Shown here: in pieces, positions 45,071-64,000 of the stretch | How positions within the stretch are numbered: position 1 is the first letter of the stretch | How the letters are laid out: every line of letters begins with the position of its first letter | DNA from: the human T2T-CHM13v2.0 reference genome, Homo sapiens | Assembly (NCBI RefSeq): GCF_009914755.1 | Contig: NC_060926.1 | Strand: one strand, 5' to 3' | Length of the DNA stretch: 64,000 bases | The notes under the pieces: model-generated | Told to the model about the DNA's origin: nothing | Databases searched by the model: none | The model's input: only the letters and a program-made list of their open reading frames with translations | Program-made: the position numbers and the translations under genes

Positions 45071-47022
45071 ATACAATGGCCTTGAAAAGAGCTGCTAGTA
45101 ATAGGTGAAGAGGATTATTAAGGGAGCCTACATCCAAGCAAGTTAGTCAGGAAAAGCTTCCAAAATAAATACATAAATAACATCTAAATTGAAGGTCGGA
45201 GAGTAAGCTGAAATAAGCTAGAGCAGCAGTAGTTCTTTTTTTTTTTTTTTTTGAGACAAATTCTCGCTCTGTCGCCCTGGCTGGAGTGCAGCGGCACAAT
45301 CTCGGCTCACTGCAACCTCCACCTCCCAAGTTCAAGCAATTCTCTGCCTCAGCCTCCCTGAGTAGCTGGGACTACAGGCACGTGCCACCACACCTGGCTA
45401 ATTATTTTTTTGTATTTTTAGTAGAGGCGGGGTTTCACCATGTTGGCCAGGCTGGTCTTGAACTCCTGACCTCGTGATCCACCCGCCTCGGCCTCCCAAA
45501 GTCCTGGGATTACAGGCTTGAGCCACCACGCCCGGCCCATATAATTCTTAATCTGTATTATAGTTTTTCAGTCCTACAATTTCTATTGGTCTTTTTCAAA
45601 TTTGCTATGTCCTTGTTAACAATTCAAATTCTCAGTTGACATTCTCTATATACCTTAACAATAATTAACATGGTTATTTTAGATCCTGTTTCTGATCATT
45701 CTAGAGCCCCTGGAGGCACTTGCTTTTTTTGATTCTCATTCACATTATCTCCTCATTATCTTTGATTACGTGCTGGGCACTGTGTTTGAAACTTTGCTGA
45801 AATAATCTGTAATAACAATATTTTCTTCCTTCAGAGAGGAGTTTTGTCCTAGGGCACTAGGAACCCAGAGTCACCTTAATCCAATTTTAGGGACTGAGAT
45901 TTTCTACCTGCCAGAATTCTCAAAGCTGGGCTTCAATTCATGCCAGTTCTGTTTCATTCTTAGTCTCAAGAGTCTACCCTTAGATGTCCCATTCCAAATC
46001 TTGGGGTGTTCTACACATGATATACTCAACTGTTTTTCCTTCTAAACAGACTTTGGTTTCAGAGCAGTTTTAGGTTCACGACAAAATTTAGCAGGAAGTA
46101 CAGTGCCCATATCACACATGCATCCCACACTATCAATGTCCCACACCAGAATAATATAAATTATTACAATTGATAAACCTATGTTGATGCATCATTATCA
46201 CCCAAAGTTCACTCTTGGTGTTAGACATTCTATGGGTTTTATTTTTTAATTTTTTTTTTTTTTTTGAGACGGAGTCTCGCTCTGTTGCCCAGGCTGGAGT
46301 GCAGTGGCACAATGTCGGCTCACTGTAACCTCTGCCTCCTGGGTTCAAGCAATTCTCCTGCCTCAGCCTCCTGAGTAGCTGGGATTACAGGTGCCCCCCA
46401 CCATGCCTGGCTAACTTTTGTATTTTTAGTAGAGATAGGGTTTTACCATTTTGGCCAGGCTGGTCTCGAACTCCTGGGCTCAAGTGATTCGCCTGCCTCG
46501 GCCTCCCAAAGTGCTGGGATTACAGGTGTGAGCAACCACACCAGGCCCTTACTTATTTTTTTGAGACAAGTAAAAAATGGCTCTGTCGCCCAGGCTGCAG
46601 TGCATTGCAATCACAGTTCACTGCAACCTCTGCCTCCTGGCTGGGCTCAAGACATCCTCCCACATCAGCCTACCAAGTAGCTGGGATGACAGGCGCTTGC
46701 CACCACGACCAGCTAATTTTGGTATATTTGTAACGACGGGGTTTCGTCATGTTTCCCAGGCTGGTCTCAAATCCCTGTGCTGAAGCAATCCACCCACCTC
46801 AGCCTCCCAAAGTGTTGGAATTACAGGTGTGAGCCACTGCACCCAGCTTCCATATGAACTTTAGAATTGATATGTTGATATGCACAAAATTAAATGCTGT
46901 GATTTTGATTGGGATTGCACTGAATCTATATATCAAGTTGGGAAGAAGTGACATCTAACTGACAACATTGAGCCTTCTTATCCATAACATAGAAATCCTT
47001 CATTTATTTAGCTCTTTACTGA

Positions 47023-47368
<346 letters not shown>

Positions 47369-48075
47369 TAGTCTCGAACTCCTGACCTCAGGTGATCTGC
47401 CCGCCTCGGTCTCCCAAAGTGCTGAGATTACAGGCATGAGCCACTGCACCCAGCCGTAAATGGTATGTTTTTAATTTCAAATTTCATTTGCTCATTGCTG
47501 GGCTGGAGCTAGTTTTTAACTTGTATCCCTGAACTGACAAAATGTTGAAAGCACTGCTCAGCCTTCCAGCCACTTCTACTATAGTTGGCAAATGCCAAAT
47601 GGGGAAATGACAACAGATCTTGAACTCACTCCTCTAGATTCTTCCACTTTCCAAGATCTTGGTATTCTTCACTACCTTCATAACGCTTAGATGACTTCAA
47701 GCAAATTTTTAGGAAATATTTTATTCAGCTTTTCTAGTTGTCCTCAGTAATAGGGCTGGTCTTAGCTACCTGGTCCCCTTACTAAAGGTGGAAGTCCATA
47801 ACCTTAAAAATTAAAGTTCACTTTAGATCTTTTTAAAGATTGTTTTTAAAACAATTTCTCAGAATCCTTTAAATTAATGCTTCTCAAATTTTTTATTCTT
47901 GGACCCCACGAATCAGAATTACCTGGGTTCTGTATTTGAAAAGCCAGACTTCAGGCCCAACTCTAGACCTATTGATTCAAAATCTCTCTGGGCAGGGGCC
48001 AGAAATTCCCAAATTTCCAAGCTCTCTGTATTATATTTATTATAGCGATTTGAGCATCATTGATTTCATAAAGGG

Positions 48076-48359
<284 letters not shown>

Positions 48360-48491
48360 TGATCCCCCCACCTTGGCCTCCCAAAGTGCTGGGATTACAG
48401 GTGTGAGCCACCGCGCCTGGCCTCATGAAGTTTTTTTTTAATGGTGACACCTTGGGATAAATAAAAACTGTTGGCCAGGCATGGTGGCTCA

Positions 48492-48780
<289 letters not shown>

Positions 48781-49417
48781 TTAAGAAACACTATATTAAA
48801 GGAATGAATGTTAGCTTTTGCTATGGTACAAACACTGGTAATACTTCCTAAGAATAGACTGAATCTTCCTTGGTTCACTTGCTCAAAAACTGAAGGAGTT
48901 GTGGACTTGCTTTCTTCTTAAAAAGCGTAATCAGGGCACAGTGGCTCACACCTGTAATCCCAGTACTTTGGAATGCTGAGGCAGATGGATCGCTTGGGCT
49001 CAGTAGTTCGAGACCAGCCTGGGCAACAAAGTGAGACCCTTTCTCTACAAAAAATGCAAAAATTAACTAGGCATAGTGGCACAGGCCTGTGGTCCCAGCT
49101 GCTTGGGAGGCTGAGGTTGCAGGATTGCCTGAGCCTAGGAGGTAGAGATTGCAGTGAGCCAAGATCGCACCACCGCATTCTAGCCTGGGTGACAAAGCAG
49201 GACTCTGTCTTGGGAAAAAAAAAAAAAACTTAAAAAAAGTGTAATCAAGTGTGAAAAGATAGCTGATTCTTACATTTTTTATTCTAATACTCATCCCCAT
49301 GAAAAGAAGGTCAGCATCTCTAATAATAGCATCTCTAAGAATTGCGAATTAAAATGAGATACAATGTTTACATATCTGTTTTGCAAAGATTAAAAGAATA
49401 AATAAGCCCAGTATCGT

Positions 49418-49775
49418 TGATGTGGTTTGGCTCTGTGTCCCCACCCAAATCTCATCTTGTAGCTCCCATAATTCCCACGTGTTGTGGGAGGGACCTGGTG
49501 GGAGATGACTGAATTATGGGGGTGGGTCTTGCCTGGGCTGTTCTCATGATAGTAAGTCTCATGAGATCTTATGGAATTATAAGGGGGACTTTCCCTGCAC
49601 AAGCTCTCTTTGCCTGCCGCCATCCACATAAGATGTGGCTTCCTCCTCCTTGCCCTCCACCATGATTGTGAGGCTTCCCTAGCCATGTGGAACTATAAGT
49701 CATTAAACCCCTTTCTTTGTAAATTGCCCAGTCTCGGGTATGTCTTTATCGGCAGCATGAAAACAAACTAATACA
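49418..49775 (+). mobile_element. THE1 (A/B-like) solo LTR
   Basis: tgatgtggtttggctctgtgtccccacccaaatctcatcttg...actaataca; perfect 5-bp TSD atcgt at 49413-49417 and 49776-49780. Confidence 0.92.
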
Positions 49776-50781
49776 ATCGTCAAGGTTTGAAAAATGGGCA
49801 CTCTCAAGCAAGAATGGTAGGAGTGTAAACAGTACAATTGTATTAAAGGGCAACTTGAAAACATCTGCCAAAATTTTATACATACAAACAAATTTTACAC
49901 AAGACAATTTATCTTCTAAGAATTTATTATTCAGTAATACACAATTATTTATAAACATATATATTCAAGGATGTTCTTTTTAGCATTATTGATGATAGCT
50001 AATAAACTATATACAATTATGTGCCTATTAATGGCAATCAGATAATTATGCCTGTTAATGGGAATCAGATAAATTATGCTACATCCCTAGAATAGAATCC
50101 TGTGCAGAGATGGGGTTTCACCATGTTGGCCAGGCTGGTCTCGAACTCCTGACCTTATGATCCACCCACCTCAGCCTACCAAAGTGCTGGGATTACAGGC
50201 CTGAGCCACCGCACCCAGCTGTATTATTTCTGCTATTCTATTCATTTATTCGCTTAACAAATAATTGTTTAGCTCCTGCCATTAGCCAGGCACACTGGTC
50301 TAGGTACTGAGGAGAGTAGTGTTTTAGGGAGAAGATAACTAGCTACTAACAAATAACCAAAAAATCACAATGTCTCCACAAAGTAAAGCTTTATTTGTCA
50401 TTCACATCACAGTCTGACTTGGGTGTTCAGTAAGCATCCTTTATTTATTTATTTATTTATTTATTTTTATTTATTTATTTTTTTTAACCCTCCTGGGTTC
50501 ACACCATTCTCCTGTCTCAGCCTCCCAAGTAGCTGGGACTACAGGCACCCGCTACCGCGCCTGGCTAATTTTTTTGTATTTTTAGTACAGGCAGGGTTTC
50601 ACCATGTTGGCCAGGTGGGTCTAGAACTCCTGACCTCGTGATCCGCCCGCCTCGACCTCCCAAAGTGCTGGGATTACAGACGTGAGCCACCATGCCTGGC
50701 CAGTAAGCATCCTTTAATATTCTGATTTAAGGAATCAAGTTGGTCTCCTACCAACTTGTGCTGGCACCATCTTCTCATGCA

Positions 50782-51211
<430 letters not shown>

Positions 51212-51359
51212 TCAAGAGGTCAAAAGAAAGCATGAGAAAAAAAGGAAGAAAGAAAAAGCATGAGGAAGGCCTGGAAATGGCCTGACTTCAACCCTCTCTC
51301 ATTGGCCAGAATCCAAACACAATGTCACAACTAAGTGAGTCTTTCTTGCGACCCAATGA

Positions 51360-51638
<279 letters not shown>

Positions 51639-52967
51639 TGACCTCATGATCCAACCGCCTCAGCCTCCCAAAGTGCTGGGATTACAAGCATGAGCCACCA
51701 CGCCCGGCCCCCTCAGATATGGCTTTCTATTATCTGGCTTTCTATTATCTGGTGACCTATGAACTAAAAAGACCATCTGCCCATATGCACCCGTGATAAT
51801 GCAACATAGACAGGAAAACTGGGAAAAAAACGTCCTCATTCAGAACAAGGAAGAATTGAGGGCACATGGGTCACTGGACCACAGCAATTTTGAAATCCCA
51901 CTGGGTAAGTATTGTGAAGGCCCTTTCACAATGGGTCAGCTCTACTGGTGGACTCTCAGAGTTCACATCGTGGGGATGTCCTCACTTCATGCAAGTTCCA
52001 ACATTCTGTGCGAGGCAATTGTCTACATGGATGTTCTCCCTCTTGTCAAGTTCTGACACCATGGGTGGGCCTTCCCTTCACAGGACACCCTCTTCACACT
52101 AGTCAGGCTCTGACATTCCTCTCCAGGTGACACCATGTTGACACTTAGTCAGCTCGGCCCTAGCTAATGGCTTTGGAGCTAAATTGTTCAGAAAGGGAAA
52201 GAGAAAAAAGAAGAGAGAGGAATAAGGGGAAGAGAAAAAATAAAACTTTTCTTAATTTCTTACTATTAGGGCTAGAAGCAGTCAGCATTTCCTACTTTCA
52301 AGGCCCCCAACTTTTTTATTCTATTCTCTTTCATTTCTGCTTACAAACCCAGGAATTCTTTTTTTTTTTTTTTTGAGACGGCGTCTCTGTCGCCCAGGCT
52401 GGAGTGCAGTGGCGCAGTCTCGCCTAACTGCAAGCTCCGCCCCCGGGTTCATGCCATTCTCCTGCCTCAGCCTCTTGAGTAGCTGGAACTACAGGCGCCT
52501 GCCACCACACCCGGCCAATTTTTTGTATTTTTAGTAGAGACGGGGTTTCACCGTGTTAGCCAGGATGGTCTCGATCTCCTGACCTCGTGATCCACCCACC
52601 TCAGCCTCTCAAAGTGCTGGGATTACAGGCTTGAACCACTGCGCCCGGCCCAGGAATTCTTTCTTGATCTCATCTCTTTCATGTAATATCTTGCCAAACA
52701 TTGCTAAAAATAATCACTATTAAGTTTCTACTTTCTATTTCCTTCCTCCAGGATGGATGACTCAGTAGACACATGGCCTGCTGCTCAGGTAACCTCAGGC
52801 AACAATTTTGTGAAATGTACTGCCACTCTATTTCATGGCTTAGCATCTTTCCAGCCACTAACATCAAGTTCATTGCAGCCCACCACTCACCTGCTGTCTC
52901 AATGATATATAGCTAAGGTGTGGCTTTTTTACAATAGAATTTTACTTCAAGCCAATACTCTTAAAAC

Positions 52968-53417
52968 TGAGAGAGGAAACCCCAAGTGCCACGGAAAACA
53001 GCCAGTTATGTGAGGAGGCTGGAAGAGGCGGTGTTTCATTTGCATAGGGCTTAGGGGATTGGTTTGACCAGGCATGTTATTTACAAAGCCCGAGTAAAAA
53101 CTGACCCTTCCAGCATAGCCTTTTAATATGCAAATGCAGGGCACCAAGATGTTTTACACGTGTGGGGCTATGTGGGGGAGGCCATGTTGCCAGGCACATG
53201 TGGGGGCAAGGGCAAGAGGACAGAGGTGGGAATTACCCTGTGGACCCAGTTTTAATGGCCTACATTTGCATATTAAAGGTTGCCGGCGGGTTCTAAGAGC
53301 CAGAGCTTTTCTGCTAAACAGACATTTCTGGAGCTGCTTTAAAAGAGACAAAAAATTCCTAAAGACCCCTTTTCCTCTCTATCTGCCTAAAATAATTTTT
53401 TAATAACTCCTATAACA
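52968..53417 (-). mobile_element. ERV1 LTR of the LTR9/MER61 group
   Basis: The minus strand begins TGTTATAGGAGTTATTAAAAAATTATTTTAGGCAGATAGAGAGGAAAAGGGGTC, matching my recollection of LTR9-family starts. Contains octamer motifs. Confidence 0.7.
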
Positions 53418-53566
53418 CTATTATTCTTCTTTTGAAAAAGAACAGGGCCGGGCGCGGTGGCTCCTGCCTGTAATCTCAGCACTTTGGGAGGCCGAGGCAA
53501 GCGGATCACTTGAGGTCAGGAATTCGAGACCAGCCTGGCCAATACAGCGAAATCCCGTCTCTACTA

Positions 53567-53686
<120 letters not shown>

Positions 53687-53810
53687 TCACTACCCTCCCG
53701 CTTGGGGGAGAGAGCAAGACTCCGTCTCAAAAAAAAAAAAAAAAAAAAAACAATAAGAAAAAGAACAACCAATTTGTTGACAATTATGGTGAATCTGTGG
53801 TGTGGTAATC

Positions 53811-55249
<1,439 letters not shown>

Positions 55250-55251
55250 CT

Positions 55252-56229
55252 TGTTACAGATGGTTAGACAGGCATGAGCAGGGTAGGAGAGGGCTCTCTC
55301 CTAACCCACCAGAAATGTCAGACTTCACAATTATCACATTGCCTCTCTAAAAGTGATAAATTAGCAGCAGGTCCCAGGGAGAGGCCGTTTCCTGATGGTC
55401 TGCACCTGTTGTACTAAAGTGTTAATTGAATGCAGACACCAGAAAGAAGGAACTTCCCTGGCATGTGCATTAAGAGACAAAATGGTGGAGTATGACCTTT
55501 GGGACACTCCACTGGAAAAGGGAAGAAAGCTTCAGATGGGGATGCATACAACCTCCTAAACACAGCGCATGTGCTCACTTCCCAAACATAAAAAGGGCAG
55601 CATGCAGCCCACCCTAAAGGAAGAATCATGGAAAAGGGGTGAAAGACACCAGAAGTGGGGCAGCCTACAAAGTCCTAGGATCACAGCTAAAGGCAGCACT
55701 TGACCTTCACATGCCTGCTTGGATCTCTTCCAAGCATACTTTCCTGTTCTACAGCCTTTTTAAATAAACTTCAGCCCAGGCACGGTGGATAACGCCTATA
55801 ATCCCAGCACTTTGGGAGTCCGAAGTGGGTGGATCATGAGGTCAGGAGTTCACAACCAGCCTGGCCAACATGGTGAAACCATGTCTTTACTAAAAATACA
55901 AAAATTAGCTGGGCATGGAGATGCACACCTGTAATCCCAGCTACTCAGGGGGCTGAAGCAGGAGAATTGCTTGAACCCGGGAGATACAAGTTGCAGTGAG
56001 CCGAGATCAGGCCACTGCACTCCAGCCTGGGCTACAGAGTGAGACTCTGTCTCAAACAAACAAACAAACAAACAAACAAACTTCAACTCCTTCTCTAAAA
56101 GTTGCTGTGGTCTCTTTTTCTGCCTTATACCCTTCAGTCGAATTCTTTCTTTTGAGGAGGCAAGAATTGAGGTTGCTGCAGACCCATATGAATTTGCTGC
56201 CAGTAACTCAGATATCTTTTGCCAGTAAT
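55252..56229 (+). mobile_element. ERV1 LTR (MER50-like) with an Alu inserted at its polyA signal
   Basis: tgttacagatggttagacaggcatgagcaggg start. The Alu at about 55774-56075 is flanked by aaa(t/c)aaacttca. Confidence 0.62.
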
Positions 56230-56387
56230 GCACTGTCCTTGCTTGTGAACATAAGTGTGTTTCTATCCAACCTGAAAAGTATACAGTGAGGCCAGGCTTG
56301 GTGGCTCACAATTGTAATCCTAGAATTTTGGGAGGCCAAGCCAAGAGGATCGCTTGAGACCAAAAGTTCCAAACCAGCCTGGGCAAC

Positions 56388-56989
56388 TGTATTAGCCCGT
56401 TTTCATGCTGCTGATAAAGACAAACCCAAGACCGGGAAGAAAAAGAGGTTTAACGCACATATTCTCACACATAGGTGTGAATTGAACAATGAGAACACTT
56501 GGATACAGGGTGGGGAACATCACACACTGGGGCCTGTCCTGGGGTGGGGGGATGGGGGAGGGATAGGATGGAGATATACCTAATGTAAATGACAAGTTAA
56601 TGGGTGCAGCACACCAACATGGCACATGTATACATATGTAACAAACCTGCATGTTGTGCACATGTACCCTAGAAAATAATAAAAAATAAATAAATAAATA
56701 AAAAGAGGTTTAATGGACTTAAAGTTCCACATAGCTGGGGAGGTCTCACAAACAAGGTGGAAGGCAAGGAGGAGCAAGTCATGTCTTACATGTATGCCAG
56801 CAAGTAAAGACAGAGCTTGTGCAGGGAAACTCCCCCTTAAAAACTCCCCCTTAAAAGACTTATTCACTATCATGAGAACAGCACCAGAAAGACCTGCCCC
56901 CATGATTCAATTACCTCCCACTGGGTCCCTCCCAGAGCACTTGGGAATTCAAGGTGAGATTTGGGTGAGGACACAGCCAAACCATATCA
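56388..56989 (-). mobile_element. THE1 (C/D-like) LTR inserted in an AluJ and interrupted by an L1PA 3' end
   Basis: tgtattagcc...aaccatatca; TSD gcaac at 56383-56387 and 56990-56994. Confidence 0.9.
56454..56699 (+). mobile_element. 5'-truncated L1PA 3'UTR
   Basis: gaattgaacaatgagaacacttgga...gggtgcagcacaccaacatggcacatgtatac...ccctagaa plus A-rich tail; TSD aaaaagaggtttaa at 56440-56453 and 56700-56713. Confidence 0.93.
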
Positions 56990-57014
56990 GCAACATAGCA
57001 ACATCCTGTCTCTA

Positions 57015-57312
<298 letters not shown>

Positions 57313-57467
57313 TCAAAAATAAATAAATAAATAAATAAAAATTAGCCAGGCATGCTGATGTGACCTATAATTCCAGCTACTCCAGAGGCTGAGGTGAGAG
57401 TAGCACTTGAAACCAGAAGTGAGTTCAAGTGAGCTGTGATCATGCCATTGCACTATAGCTTGGGTGA

Positions 57468-57880
<413 letters not shown>

Positions 57881-58927
57881 TGAGCCACTGCACCTGGCCC
57901 CTGAGCTTTTCTTTTTTAAAAAAATTCCTTTTTTTTCTTTTGAGACAGAGTCTTGCTCTGTCACCAAGGCTAGAGTGTGGGTCTTTCCCTATGTCATCAT
58001 GTACTGTATTGTACAATACTCATTCAATCAGGTTATGAGTTAATCTAGGGGCACAACTCTTTTTTAAAATAAAGATGGGGTCTTGCTATGTTGCTCAGGC
58101 TGGTCTGAAACTCCTGGGGTCAAGCGATCCATCCACATGGGCCTCCCAAAGTGCTGGAATTACAGGCATGACCTACAGTGCCCAGCCTAGGGGCACAACT
58201 TTAGGATTAATTAATTATTTAATTATTTAATTTTTTATTTTTTTTCAGACAGAGTTTCACTCTTGTTGCCCAGGCTGGAGTGTAATGGGCAATCTCGGCT
58301 CACTGCTGATACCTCTTCTCTTAGTCTCTTTATTTATTTATTTATTTATTTATTTATTTTTGAGACGGAGTCCAGGCTGTCGCCCAGGCTGGAGTGCAGT
58401 GGCACGATCTCGGCTCACTGCAAGCTCCGCCTCCTGGGTTTTACGCCATTCTCCTGCCTCAGCCTCCAGAGTAGCTGGGACTACAGGCGCCTGCCACCAC
58501 GCCCGGCTAATTTTTTTTGTATTTTTAGTAGAGACGGGGTTTCACCCTGTTAGCCAGGATGGTCTCGATCTCCTGACCTCGTGATCCGTCTGCCTCGGCC
58601 TCCCAAAGTGCTGGGATTACAGGCGCGAGCCACCGCGCCTGGCCTATTTTTTCTTAGGTTTCTTAAGTATTCTTAAGTATTCTTTTGTATTTTTCATGAG
58701 TCTATGACTCATTTGAAGTACTTCTTTTTTTTTGAAACAGGGTCTCACTCTGTTGCCCAGGCTGGAGTGCAGTGGCCTGATCACTGCTAACTGCAGCTTA
58801 ACCTCCCAGCTGAGAGCGTGTCACTGCACTCCAGCCTGGTGACAGAGTGAGACTCCATCTCCAAAAAAAACCAAAAAACAAAAATTAGCCAGGCATGGTG
58901 GCACGTGCCTGTAAACCCAGCTACTCA

Positions 58928-59059
<132 letters not shown>

Positions 59060-60150
59060 TTATGAACAAATCATTTTGCTGGATATACAATTCTAAGTTG
59101 AGTTACTCTTTTTTCTAACACTTTGAAGATATTCTTCCACTATTCTCTAAACACTATTATTGCTGTTAAGACCTCCCTTAGTCTAATCGTTTTACTTTGT
59201 ACGTTGCAGGTCATCTGACTTTTCTCTCTGGCTGAATTTAAGATTTTTCTCTTTTTGATATCTTGTGGTTCTGACATAACCATTCTGTGATTATGATATT
59301 CTACACCATACTTAGGTATGAACTTTCCCTCTGAATTGTGTTTCCTGTATGTGTGAATTCTTGTCCCAGGTTTAAGTGATCCTCCCAAGTAGCTGGGACT
59401 AAGGTGCATACCACCACACCGGCTAATTTTTAAAATTTTTTGTGAAGACAGAGTCTCACTATGTTGCCCAGGCTGGTCTTGAACTGAGCTCAAGCAAGCC
59501 TCCTGCCTCAGCCTCCCAAAGTGATGGGATTACAGGTATGAGCCACTGTGCCTGGCTGAAGTACTTTCTTTATGTTTATCTGCAGAGTACTAATTCTCTT
59601 TTTTGTCCATGTTTTAACTTGTTTTCTAGCAAATCTGTCAAGTTTTTATTTCAATGTTATATGTTTTATTCTAGAAATGCAATATGATTCTTTTTCAAAT
59701 ATGCCAAATCATTTTAATACTTACATCTTGCTCTTTTTCCTGATTTCACGTTTTTTATTTAAACATTTCAGATTAAGCAATGTAAAATCTATATATGATA
59801 AATTTAACATCAGAAGTTTTTGAAGAGGACCTACTGTGTTTTTTGTTCTGAATCTGTTCTTTGTTTTTGTTTGTTAATTTTTTAATGTAAGCTGATATTT
59901 GGGTTTCAATTTGTGTCAAATTTGAGGAAGGTGGCCAGTATTTTAAAGAGCTTGCTCACCACAAAACAAAAATGAGGCCGGGCGTGGTGGCTCACGCCTG
60001 TAATCCTAGCACTTTGGGGGGCCAAGGCGGGTGGATCACGAGGTCAGGAGATCGAGACCATCCTGGCTAACATGGTGAAGCCCCATCTCTACTAAAAACA
60101 CAAAAAATTAGCCGGGCGTGGTGGCGGGCACCTGTGGTCCCAGCTACTCA

Positions 60151-60291
<141 letters not shown>

Positions 60292-60488
60292 TTAAAGGAA
60301 ACTACCCACAAAGTAACCAAGGTTACCAAGTTAACAGCTAGTCAGTTAATAAAGGAAAAATAGCAATTTTCTCATGTGATTATTTTATCTATAAAGCCCC
60401 TCCCATATCTTCAGTTATTCGCTTTATAAAAACAGTTGTTTTTATCTAGGAAACAGTAATTTACAGGAAAGCCCAAGGTTTTATTTGA

Positions 60489-61171
<683 letters not shown>

Positions 61172-61764
61172 TGATCTGCCTGCCTCAGCCTCCCAAAGTG
61201 CTGAGATTACGGGCATGAGCCATCACACTGGGCCTAGTTTCTTATAATTGTTTAATATGCATAGATTTTGTTTTTCAAAAAATTAAAAGTTCCCTAAGAG
61301 CAAGTAATCTTGAAGTTGGAGCAGAGATAGTGATGTCAAAAATAGAGGCTAATTATTAGTCTGCTCAGGACCATACCATGATATGGTCGAGGGTCTGGAC
61401 CTTAGCTTTACAAGCCAAGAAACTAAATTTTTATCATTAACCCAGATTGATTAGTTCAGAGGAAATGGCTCATTTTGTGCAAGCTCACAAGACACCGATG
61501 AATGGGTATCACTATATTTTAGCTGGTCAGGCAGAAATGAGACTTTCTTGAGCTGCTTTACCACACAACTCACCAGACAGCCTCTATGTTTTCTGGGTAG
61601 ACTAGCCTCCACATTTTTATGTTCAAATGTTCAGGAAACGAGCTCTTGCTCTTTCACTCAGCCTGGAGTGCAGTGGGGTGATCATAGCTCATTGTAGCCT
61701 CGACCTCCCTGGTCAGCCTCCCAAATAGCTGGGACTACAGGCACATGCCACCTTGCCCACCTAA

Positions 61765-62662
<898 letters not shown>

Positions 62663-64000
62663 TGAGTAGCTGGGATTACAGGCGCCTGCCGCCACACCCA
62701 GCTAATTTTTGTATTTTTAATAGAGATGGGGTTTCACCATCTTGGCCAGGCTGGTCTTGAACTCCTGACCTCGTGATCCACCCACCTGGGCCTCCCAAAG
62801 TGCTGGGATTACAGGTGTGAGCCACTGCACCCAGCTTCAGGAAACTTCTAAACTGAAATAGAAACTCAATTGAAACAGATACCCTTGATTTGCATGGGGC
62901 CCACAGGGTAAAGTGAGGGAAAGACATTAAGGTTCATACTAGTACTGATTTGATGGCAAGAAGTCCTCGGAAAATGCTGGACTGCCCAGAAAGACAATAG
63001 CATCATGAGAAAAAACCATCATGCATCTAGTTGCATGAGCCAGACCAAACAAAAAGGCTGGCTGTTAGAACACACGGTCAGAGGTTTGAGCCTATTTCTG
63101 TCCATCTCCCAACATATTATCCCAGTAGCCTGATTTCTCCAAGCACCCAGGGTCTCTGGAAAAAAAGGACTCTGGCAAAAAGAAAAACATGTGACACAAG
63201 GGGCCAACAACTCTGAAAGAACAAATTAGAAGGCACAAAAGTTGATCCCCTGTTGGCTGGAAAGGGACATCAACCCATGAAGGTAGCGATATAGAGAAGG
63301 TGGACAATGGTGTGGGCAGCACCTGCTTTCAACAAAGTGGAAGCAGTCAACAGAGTAGAGGTCTGCAATACCAGCAGACACCAGAGCAAGAAAATACAGC
63401 ACTGTAGGCCAGGCATGGTGGCTCCTGCCTGTAATCCCAGCACTTTGGGAGGCTGAGGCGGGCGGATCACCTGAGGTCAGGAGTTCAAAACTGGCCTGGC
63501 CAACATGGTGAAACCCTGTCTCTACAAAAACACAAAAATTAGCCAAGCATAATGGTGTGTGTCTGTAATCCCAGCTACTCTGGAGGCTGAGGCGGGAGAA
63601 TTGCCTGAATCCGGGAGGTGGAAGTTCCAGTGAGCCAAGATCACACCATTGCACCCCAGCCCGTCTAAAAAGAAAAAAAAGAAAATACAGCACTGTACGC
63701 GGCAGGTCAGTGATTGTGTGATAGAAACAATTTCCATGTCCATCTTCTGGGTACTCCTAAAGGAAACTATGAGGAAGATTGTATGATTTTGCATTACTTA
63801 ACTTCTCTGAGAAGGAAAACAAGAGTAATAATAAGTAGAGAGATTTTTACATGTTTCTTTCACTGCTGTGTCTCTAGTGCCTGTAAGAATGCCTGGCACA
63901 GGCAGGCGTGGTAATCCCTGTAATCCCAGCACTTTGGGAGGCTGAGGTGGGCGGATCACCTGAGGTAGGGAGTTCGAGACCACCCTGATCAACATGGAGA

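Noticed and set aside
62850-64000. Possible start of the next gene (NOP58 expected from recalled synteny)
   Set aside because: No CpG island or recognisable exon in the window; it would lie beyond the right edge.

Overview
Primate, almost certainly human, Alu-dense genomic DNA. The complete SUMO1 gene lies on the minus strand: five coding exons at 41477-41488, 23075-23149, 17387-17464, 13767-13838 and 10286-10354 splice to 101 aa ending QTGG-HSTV. Its CpG-island promoter is at about 40.9-41.9 kb and its polyA signals at about 9.2-9.7 kb. The left end holds the last exons of a convergent plus-strand gene, probably KIAA2012 (from recalled 2q33 synteny). There are three processed retrocopies, each in or beside an A-rich part of an Alu: a disrupted DAZAP2 copy, a disrupted RPL39 copy and a STMP1 (C7orf73) copy with an intact 47-codon ORF. 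The STMP1 copy is head-to-head with SUMO1, about 1 kb from its promoter, and shares one 17-bp TSD with a CpG-rich Alu. It is the best candidate for an unrecognised functional element, namely a retrogene driven by a bidirectional promoter. The rest is roughly 90-95 Alu copies or fragments (counted by eye), L1/L2/MIR, MaLR and ERV1 LTRs and hAT transposons, with several nested insertions and small rearrangements. Nearly all ORFs in the supplied track are Alu artefacts. Gene and repeat family names come from recalled sequences, not database searches.
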